The notes under the pieces: generated by a model
Told to the model about the DNA's origin: nothing
Databases searched by the model: none
Seen by the model: only the letters and a program-made list of their open reading frames with translations
In this document: one piece after another, positions 47,869-56,060 of the stretch
Layout of the letters: each line of letters starts with the position of its first letter
Position numbering within the stretch: the stretch's first letter is position 1
Program-made: the position numbers and the translations under genes
Origin: Halocafeteria seosinensis
Taxonomy: Eukaryota
Reading direction: 5' to 3'
DNA length: 56,060 nt
NCBI GenBank assembly: GCA_001687465.1
Contig: LVLI01000362.1
Span: 1-56,060, forward strand

Positions 47869-48411
47869 AGCGAGTTATTCCGTTACACAATACGTAACAC
47901 AGTGTATCTATGTTGTCCCTACGGGCAAACAATGCCAAATGAATGCACAATAAGCTTGATAAAGTGGACAAAACCCTCAAGTTGAAGTGACTCGGGGAAA
48001 TGACAAGTTGAAGTCGGAAGCCAACGTGACGTCATCCCGACGTTCCAGTGCGGGGCGGAAGGATACATGTACACGTACACACAAGCATCCAAGGCGGATA
48101 TTTTCCGGCTTTTCTCAGAAGAAAGGAGAGAATGGAAGGAACTAAAAGTGTGGCAACATGAATAGAAGCCGATTCCCATGAATTTCACCTGGGCACAACA
48201 CTACAGTACTTGTACTACAACTGTAACACTGATCGAATGGCATGGGACGTGCATGGACTCCAATTCCTGCAACTACAGTACAGTGTAGAGTCCACGAAGT
48301 AGAATGGCCGACCGAAGTTTGGTGCGTGATGCACCGAGAAGAGAGACGTATTATAGGATGAACATCGAACTGCGACCTCACGACCCGGAGGCGTTAGATC
48401 TATTGTACCCG

Positions 48412-48811
48412 GTCAGTACGGTATGTTGCTGTTGTACACTTGTACAGTATAAGCGACAGGAATCTCTTTACAGTGTTCTTGATGGAGCTGTTAGGCAGAT
48501 TGTCGTCCAGGATTCTCTACGTGCGCCCCTATCTTTTTTTTGGTGTATCTGGCACATACTGTACATATTCACCAGGAGTGCTAGTGTTGAACAGCGTGTA
48601 CAGTACCCGGTAGAGGTGTCAGTACGGTATGTTGCTGTTGTACACTTGTACAGTATAAGCGACAGGAATCTCTTTACAGTGTTCTTGATGGAGCTGTTAG
48701 GCAGATTGTCGTCCAGGATTCTCTACGTGCGCCCCTATCTTTTTTTTGGTGTATCTGGCACATACTGTACATATTCACCAGGAGTGCTAGTGTTGAACAG
48801 CGTGTACAGTA
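48412..48811. repeat. Tandem duplication, 206-bp period, 2 near-identical copies
   Basis: gtcagtacggtatgttgctg...gaacagcgtgtacagta at 48412 and 48618. Confidence 0.95.
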
Positions 48812-48929
48812 GAGGTAAGCAATGCAGGGATGCCCTAGGGAGATCTTCCACGACATGGAGATCCCCTAACTAGTCGTACCTCAGCCGAGACGGCCCGAGA
48901 GGCCATTGGGTCGCCACAAATATGTACAG

Positions 48930-48931
<2 letters not shown>

Positions 48932-48978
<47 letters not shown>
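48932..48978. repeat. (CA)n microsatellite
   Basis: Long perfect CA run. Confidence 0.95.
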
Positions 48979-48980
<2 letters not shown>

Positions 48981-49162
48981 TATCCGCAAAAGGGCTAACT
49001 TCCTCACTTCTTGTGAAGTTGCGACTTCGGGGTGGGAGTCACCGTGCTGCAATGGCCTTACTATAGTCAAATAGACGCTAGACATTGTGGAAGTGTGTCG
49101 TATCCGTCTTGTATGTCGTCCATTGCGCACGTTTGCTGCTTGTTGAAAGTCGGAAGAGTGTA

Positions 49163-50957
49163 ATGAATAGAGTTCTGGTGGCTGGAAGGTGGAGGAAGAG
49201 CCTCCTCTCTACCCATTATGCAGCTTTACAAGGACTTTTACAGGCAAATCGAGGGTTTTCGTCCTCTCTTACAGTGGCAAAACAAGCGGAAGAAGCAGAC
49301 CATGGGACTGTGCAACAGAAAAAGGAGTCGGGAAAAACGGATAAAGTGTCAACAATGATGTTCATGGACGCAAATTGGCTCGAAAATCGTTTATTACAGG
49401 CGTATGGACATAAAGTATGTTGTTTCTCTTCTACTTTTTTGGATGACAGTGTCAGAGACGTCGTATGCCCTCGCTGTGCAGAGATTTGGGCCCAAATTAC
49501 AAGAAAAGGGGGCTGTGGACATGGGGTCTCTGGTGCCATTTATCCAGGAACGCATCGTGGATGCCATGGGAGATAATGACGGCGATAATACGACGGCAGG
49601 TGTAGACACTACTGTTTGTTTTTCGAGTTTATCTCGCCCGTCGAATGCCAATTTGGACATACTGAGAGCTTTGGGCGAGCAACAGTTCTTGATCCGGAAT
49701 TTCCCAGTAGGACCAAATACTCCAGTTTGTGTACCAGCTGTGGCTTTCACTGCGGATTTGCTTCATGCATGCTCTCTTCAAGGCTCTGAACATATTGATG
49801 CTGCCGTCGCCATGCTTGGTAGCCCCTCTTTCTTACCCGCACTAACGCGGGCTGTGTCTGCAAGTAAGACTGTCTTCTTGGCTACTCTGGAAGAAGACTA
49901 CAAGCGTCTCTTGCCTGTGATGCCGGCTCCCTTGAAAGAGCGAATTCTCCCTCTATTCATTGACGAATTATTCCCAAAGCTTCTGCGACCGATAGCTGAA
50001 TGGAAGCAGAGTGGACGTTCCAAACGCGAAATAGCCCTGCACCTCCACAAGTATATGTACGACAACTTTGGTGAAAAAGCAATTTCAAGTGTGGATATGG
50101 CTGATCATCTTTTGGAAGCAAATTTATTAGCAGACATTCGAAAATACGGAGGAAGTTTACGGAAACTAATAGTGGCTAATGATGACCTATTCGAAGTAGC
50201 TACTCCTGGATCAGGGCACATGTATTCTATCAAGCCCCGACCAAGTCCCGACAGAACGAACAGAAGTAAAACCCCAGAACAGTCCGCTGAAAGGAAGCAA
50301 AAGGGGAAGAGGGGAGATGAGTCTGGTAATAAGAGGACTACAACTGTTCCGAGCCAGACGCAGGACTCTACTTCCGAGACACCGCCATCTTCAGCAGAAT
50401 CGAAGACTCACACAATCTCAGAAGCAGTAGCTCCGAAAGCGAAATCCGCCGATGTCACATTTAGCAAACCGGACGTGTCGTATAGTACAGATTATTCAAT
50501 AGAGAGTGAACTCACTGTGCCTACTGAGGAGGAAGGCTATATCACGGATTCTGAGACTCCCTCTGAATACGAGTCAGCGGAGGAGTTAGGTAGTACAGCA
50601 ATCCCCGATCCTACTGGTGCAGAGCAGGAACCGAAAGAGGAGCCACCCGATTCAGAATATGAGACTAATGAGCTCCATGTACCGTCCTCAGGAGAGCCAA
50701 GTGAAGCAAGCGTTTCCGTCACAACGAGTAATGGAGACGAGAGTACACTAAGTGAAGACGATCTTGATGTTGGAAGGCTTATGGAACTAGCATATGCCAA
50801 GGGATTGGTTGATTCGGCAAAGGTAAAACGGGATACCCTTTTCCAACTACTGCGTTCCTCTGGGGTTAGCGATGTGAAAAGACGGCTCTCTAGAAAAGAA
50901 CTAGGCGCCATGTTAGCCGAAAATGCTGCTATGGTTGCCAAACAAGTGTGCTCTTGA
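49163..50957 (+). CDS. Hypothetical protein, possible degenerate NYN domain plus LOTUS/OST-HTH, with a mitochondrial-type presequence (intron 49415-49481)
   Basis: Arg-rich, acid-free N-terminus ending RGFSSS. MMFMDANWL resembles the NYN hhDxxN strand. IRKYGGSLRKLIVANDDLFEV resembles LOTUS. Phase-0 GT-AG intron joins the two ORFs. Confidence 0.6.
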
Positions 50958-51145
50958 ACTAACTGTTTATAGTGAGGGTAGTTTGGGGTAATGGATTTTG
51001 TTTGCACTACATGGTTGATGCAATCGCGATAAGATGAATTGGTGCTCGACCAGATTCAGCCAGATGCTGATGTTGCCGAAGGTAATGAAGTTCGCAAGAT
51101 CAGGGAAGGGTAAGTAGTGAGTGTATTGGAGGAGAAGCCGAGGGC

Positions 51146-51963
51146 TTAGGCAAGTTGTTTGAGTGCCTCGTCACTCGTGATTACATCAGCTTGGCGAGGG
51201 AAGACTTTGTCTTGCAGTACTCGGTGCGTTTCCTCGTCCGCTGTGCACAAATAGACAAAGCGTTGAAGATGTTACATTCTGCTGTCGTAGATTCAATTTT
51301 GCGGATACGTACCATCCCCACAGAGGTCCTTTATGACAACAATATTGTAATCAGCATCCGCAGCCCATCGCACAGTTGAGAGAATCACACCACTGCATTT
51401 TTTAAACAAAATCGCTCCCTCAAGTATCCAAAAAGACCCGGGCGAACAACAGCTTAAGTTTACCTTGTGCTAAACCCGTAGAGTACGATTCGATTGATTC
51501 CCTTCGCTTGTAGTACAGTGTGCAAGTCGGTCGTGGAGAATGCACCCACTCTTCTCTTTTCGAACACGGGTTCGTTGTCTAAAGGCTTAACTTTCTCGTG
51601 GAACTCAGCCGTCTGTGTGCCCTTTTCAAGTGGAAATGTTTGTCCCTGGAATTTTTGCAGGAATCCTTGGAACATTTTATTGTTCGGGTGGATTTCCGGT
51701 TCACCTGCCACCGACTCCAAAAATTCCAGGGTATGAAAATCCTAGTTCATATGGGATGTTGAAGTGGACTTACCTTGTCTGAATCGTACACAGACGTGTC
51801 CAACAAAGATACCCTTGCGACGTGCCGCTTCCAAGACTTTGGCCGAGTTCTCTGCGGCTTGGTTTGCTGCCTCCTCGGATCCCATGAGACTCATGATGAA
51901 ATTCTGGTGATCACAGAGAATCACCGCCGTCTTATCGTCGAAATATTGAGGTGTAGAAGCCAT
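51146..51963 (-). CDS. Isochorismatase/cysteine-hydrolase family protein (4 exons)
   Basis: KTAVILCDHQN, ARRKGIFVGHV, EPVFEKRRVGAFSTTDL, GFSTSGVILSTVRWAADADY, DLCGD and VFPRQA. Confidence 0.88.
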
Positions 51964-53319
51964 TATTACACTTGCGCTTCCAGCGTCGAACACACTCAAA
52001 GATACTTTTCTCCAAAAATAGACAAATATCGCACCTCCAACGCGGCAATTCGGCAATAGTGAGTGCGTTTTGTCACCTTGTGATGTACTTGAAAGACGAC
52101 AATCCTGACAAAGTATGAAGCGTACGGTGTATACTTACTTGGGCACCTGTGAACTTGGGAATGGATTCCACACGATGCGGCTAGTACATCAGTGGATGAA
52201 ATACAGAAGGACGGGTGCAGTGCGAAAGCAATAGAGCAATTAACTTTGTTTGAGAAAGTTAGTTGAAGACAGTAATTCTCTTTTGATCTTAGATTCTGAA
52301 CTACATGGTTCGTCGTGCTTGCATTCCAGCAGCGTCTCCAAACAAAGCTGCCGGGAAATGTATCGACAGCACAATTAATGTGTCTCACACCACATGAACA
52401 TACGCGAATGTGGCAAGTTGTAGCGTATCAATGTATCTAGAGACAAAGATTGTCTCAGAAAGTTGCAGGACTTGTCTCTCAACTATGATGACAACTGATA
52501 AAGAAGCACCACAATTCTCTTCGGTACAGTACAACAAGGCCGCTTCGATCCGTCCAGTACCGCACAGTATGATAGGGTAGTAGTACTACATATATATCCA
52601 TCGAGGAATATGTCGGACATGGCAGTAGCCGACAAATTATCGGAGATATGCTTGAGGGGGTACAAATGCTTCCAGACATCCAGGGAACAGTATTTGGTGT
52701 TAACAATAATTTTTGAATTTACACATTTATGGCAACTTCACTCGGAAGTTGCAACGAAGTTTTCGATAAAATGCAAGTGGAGGAATCAATGGATACACAA
52801 AAAATACGGCTCCGATCACCTGGAGTTCAGTCTGCAACCAACAGGTGGATATACACACGAGGAAAGAATATGCAGCAAGAAGAATAAGCGAATAAGTTCT
52901 GCTTGGGGACGCAAACAGCCACACGAGTACACCAAATAAAAAGGGTGAAATGCAAGTCATTAGTGAAGTATAATTGCTGGGGGGTGATTTTCCTTTCACC
53001 TGAAGATCTGAACTTTCATTAGAAGTCCAGGGAGTCACTCGCAAGAAGAATTGAAAGAAAGAGAACCGTTTCACAAAGCGCGTACCGTAAGCGTAGCAAA
53101 GATATGGCGAATCAATGCACTGAAACACTAAGGAATGCCGATAAAGGACTTCGCTACAATGGCATCCTTTGCCGGTAACGCACCCTTAGCATGTTTAACC
53201 AAAGTAGTCACAGATGGAGGGGTTCGTACATTCCCTTAAGTAGTAATGCAGCGAAGCGGCATTTCTCAATCCTTTCCGATCCGATTCAGTGCAGTCCATT
53301 ACCTTCATGTATCCGTGAC

Positions 53320-54126
53320 CTATGAATGTTGCAAGCGCCGGTAAGGTCTTGGAAGCCAGGCCATGTACGTAACAATGTCCATTCCGACGTCCCAACACTC
53401 CTGAAGACTATCCACAATCAGCATATACCATAACCTATTTCCGTAGCTTACGCGGACTATAGTGTTCACCCTTTCCCGGCAGAAAAAGCATGTCTCCATA
53501 ATCCCTGGATAATTTCTTAGAGTATCGGTACAACAAGCCTCACATATTCCTTGGTGCTGACAAGGGAGGCTGACACAATTGGCATTCTTGTCACATAGTA
53601 TGCATCGTTCGGCTACCATAAAGCTATTCCCAACGGCGACTCTCATTGCAAGACTTTTTGGATTCTTCACGAATCGTAGGCCGCTTGCTTTTGAAGCGTA
53701 ATACCGCGAATCAGAAGAGGGGAAGAATTCAGGAAAGCGTCCAATTACGTTCCCCAAGAAGATAAACGCGATAGTAGCCAGTGCATAGACTATCATATAA
53801 GACCGGATGCTAAAACTCTGAGCTTGCGTTACCAGTTTAGTAACTAGGACTTTCTTGTCTTCCTGACAGTATTCGGAGTCAGTTGTTGGTTGACCAAGGA
53901 GAAAGATTCCCCAATGAAATAACCAAAACAATAATAGAATCAGAGGAAGGATTATAGCCTCCAACCACGCTAGGATGGTTTGCCACTCTGTTTCGAGATG
54001 CAGAAGCACTGAAATTCTTCGCTTCAAAAACAGAGCCTGTACAATGGCTTTGGATCTGGCCAGTACAACAAGATATAGCAGTATCTCTATAGCAGTCGAG
54101 GTGTATTGTAGCAGCCACCAAACCAT
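53320..54126 (-). CDS. Membrane protein with C3HC4 RING finger (putative E3 ligase); true start and end uncertain
   Basis: Hydrophobic segments followed by CILC..LPCQHQGICEAC..CFFCRERV. Confidence 0.7.
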   Translation of the reverse strand: MVWWLLQYTSTAIEILLYLVVLARSKAIVQALFLKRRISVLLHLETEWQTILAWLEAIILPLILLLFWLFHWGIFLLGQPTTDSEYCQEDKKVLVTKLVTQAQSFSIRSYMIVYALATIAFIFLGNVIGRFPEFFPSSDSRYYASKASGLRFVKNPKSLAMRVAVGNSFMVAERCILCDKNANCVSLPCQHQGICEACCTDTLRNYPGIMETCFFCRERVNTIVRVSYGNRLWYMLIVDSLQECWDVGMDIVTYMAWLPRPYRRLQHS

Positions 54127-54625
54127 CGGAATCAGCCTGTGGGAATACGAATGCTTCCATAGGAGAGTGTATGGTGTACAACAACAATTTGTGGTTTAGC
54201 TGCTTACTATGTTAGACGTGATCAACAACTTCAGTGAAGTTTGCAGAAGAAGTTCTGTGAAATTCAAAGCTGAATTCAAGTAGACGAGTTATTGCTCGTA
54301 CACTCTTTTCAAGAGGAAGAATAAGGCGACTCCGTCAACGAATGTGATTAACGAGTCTACAAACTACGGTGACCATGCCACACAGGCTGTAACAGAGCCA
54401 CAACGATGACGCTTGCTTGCCATTTGCCCCTTGCAGCCGGGGTGCCGCAATACAGGAGGTGGAGCGGATCATCTAAGATCATCTGATGACAATCTTCATT
54501 AGCACCACTGAGTCCTCTAAGAGTCGTTTCTGTCAGCTTCTTTTCTCGTACTGCTAGGAGGCTGTCCAGCAATCCGTCGGTCCACATTTTCCGTGTGAGC
54601 AAAACTAGTCCTTATGAGCGAACGG

Positions 54626-54650
<25 letters not shown>
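54626..54650. repeat. (CA)n microsatellite
   Basis: Perfect CA run. Confidence 0.9.
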
Positions 54651-54656
<6 letters not shown>

Positions 54657-54833
54657 CTGGAGGGAAGTGTTTGAGTAAATTCTTTCTTAACACTACGTTT
54701 ACAAGTAGGACTCGTATGTTTTGGGTTTCCTTCATCGGTACCATGGTTTCTCGCAGCAAGAGATGTGTTATTCGCTGAGGGACCGGTAAATTTCCTGCAA
54801 AATATGCGACGCTCCACTGTTCTGTCTGCGTAT

Positions 54834-55613
54834 TTACATATTCTTTTCTTCTGTGTTTTGACATGACCACCGTTCTGTTATATCGGATGTAACCGGCTGA
54901 CGTCGTACATGTATCCATCCGTGCGACTCTGTTTCCACTTCCGCCAGCGGAGGCGGCTCAGAGAGAAGACTGGCTTTCCATTCGCGCAAGCTCAAAATCA
55001 CCCTCTCGACAAACTGAGAATGATCAATTTTTGGAGCCACAGCAACCTTTAGGATGTGTCTATGGCCAGACCTTGAACCACTCTCGAGTTTCGGCTTTTT
55101 CGAAGAACCAACTCGAACTGCAGTCTTCCTACCTGAGGAATCAACTGAATCCAGGATTTCTGTTCGTGGGCCAGACAAGTCGTAGGGATTGTTCGTATGC
55201 AAGGGCTCTACACAATGGATACTCTGCGGCACCAGTGGGTTCACTGACTCTATCTGCGTACAAGATGTGTAACTCTGCACAGAGAATTTAACAATGGCTG
55301 GATTAGGTGTATCTAGTACGTTTTCTTCTCCATGAAGCGCTTCGGGAGAAACTCCCGACTCTCGTGCGTACAAGCGCACTCGATTTTCATACCGGTGGCC
55401 GTGGGAGCAGTTTCGCTGCCGCCGGTGGACTACAAATCCACATAGCAAGCACATCGCCACACCAACAATGGCAGAGGCCGCAAACGATGCCAGCGGAGCT
55501 CCGTCACCGAAATCAACTCCTTCCTGCGAGGATACAGTATCTTGTGTTGTCGTCGTGCTTCTCGGAACACTGGGCGTATAGGAGGAAGAACCAAGGTTGA
55601 AGGTCGGCAAAAC
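54834..55613 (-). CDS. Probable last exon of a single-pass membrane protein
   Basis: Ser/Thr-rich stalk, TM LASFAASAIVGVAMCLLCGFVV and basic stop-transfer HRRQR. An acceptor-like tract ending aaatag lies just upstream. Confidence 0.55.
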   Translation of the reverse strand, partial: VLPTFNLGSSSYTPSVPRSTTTTQDTVSSQEGVDFGDGAPLASFAASAIVGVAMCLLCGFVVHRRQRNCSHGHRYENRVRLYARESGVSPEALHGEENVLDTPNPAIVKFSVQSYTSCTQIESVNPLVPQSIHCVEPLHTNNPYDLSGPRTEILDSVDSSGRKTAVRVGSSKKPKLESGSRSGHRHILKVAVAPKIDHSQFVERVILSLREWKASLLSEPPPLAEVETESHGWIHVRRQPVTSDITERWSCQNTEEKNM

Positions 55614-55838
55614 TATTTGTGAAGATTAACCTAAATAACCAGAAGTTTCACTTGCTGTTTTGCAAGGTACCTCTAATGCCTTGGCAATGGATTTGTCAAT
55701 TTCGGTACCATGCCTCCATAAGGACTCGGTACGACCTCCTTTGCCCGGTCACTAATTTCCCAGTCTAAAATGTTTTTCGCCTGAATGTGTACAGTGTACT
55801 GCAATCTGCATATGTGTATTCGGACGGATAGCCTAGGG

Positions 55839-56060
55839 CAGAGCTGGGATATTTCCTTTTCCGCACTTTGCCCCCGACGTTTTGCGGGGGCGCACCACCG
55901 GAAAAAGCGCCTGTGCCCCCGATATTTCGAAATTTGCCAGTTTTGTGAAGGAAGAATGTGAACCCATTATTAAGCATATTAAAGTGGAATTAAAGAACAT
56001 TCAAGCATATCAAATTGCATTATCATCGTTAATCTTTCTTTCTGTATGGTTTTCTTACCC
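55839..56060. mobile_element. Possible end of a DNA transposon (hAT/MITE-like), truncated by window
   Basis: Begins cagagctggg after a near-palindromic 8-mer gcctaggg. Subterminal repeat tgcccccga occurs twice, plus an inverted cgggggcgca, followed by an AT-rich interior. Confidence 0.25.

Noticed and set aside
48304..48873. 189-aa ORF
   Set aside because: Produced by reading through the 206-bp duplication; no protein-like features.
48932..48978. (CA)n runs at 48932, 54626 and 34740 as further retroposon tails
   Set aside because: The adjacent sequence lacks the ggtgggctatctgtcac core; treated as plain microsatellites.

Overview
Gene-dense eukaryotic genomic DNA with short (about 50-90 nt) GT-AG introns, most consistent with a stramenopile-like protist (inferred, not proven). 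Recognisable genes: an ankyrin-repeat protein, two intact tandem P2X-family channel genes with a decayed third copy between them, a CX5R dual-specificity/tyrosine phosphatase, a FrnE/DsbA-like thioredoxin, dynein light chain LC8, ribosomal protein L35a, a gamma-glutamyltransferase, an EPC/BRPF-type chromatin scaffold with a spliced C-terminal Myb domain, Nop14, a possible NYN+LOTUS protein, an isochorismatase-family protein and a membrane RING protein. The largest gene encodes a ~3871-aa surface protein (Cys-rich repeats, cadherin repeats, IPT/TIG repeats, nine TM helices) of nonagonal-cadherin type. The most notable observations are: (1) both P2X paralogues replace the two ATP-binding lysines with Trp and Glu and share a 17-nt micro-exon; (2) the giant cadherin-IPT-9TM receptor; (3) a small dispersed retroposon 3' end with a stem-loop, a (TG)n tail and target-site duplications, present four times. 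All assignments come from reading motifs by eye; no searches were run.
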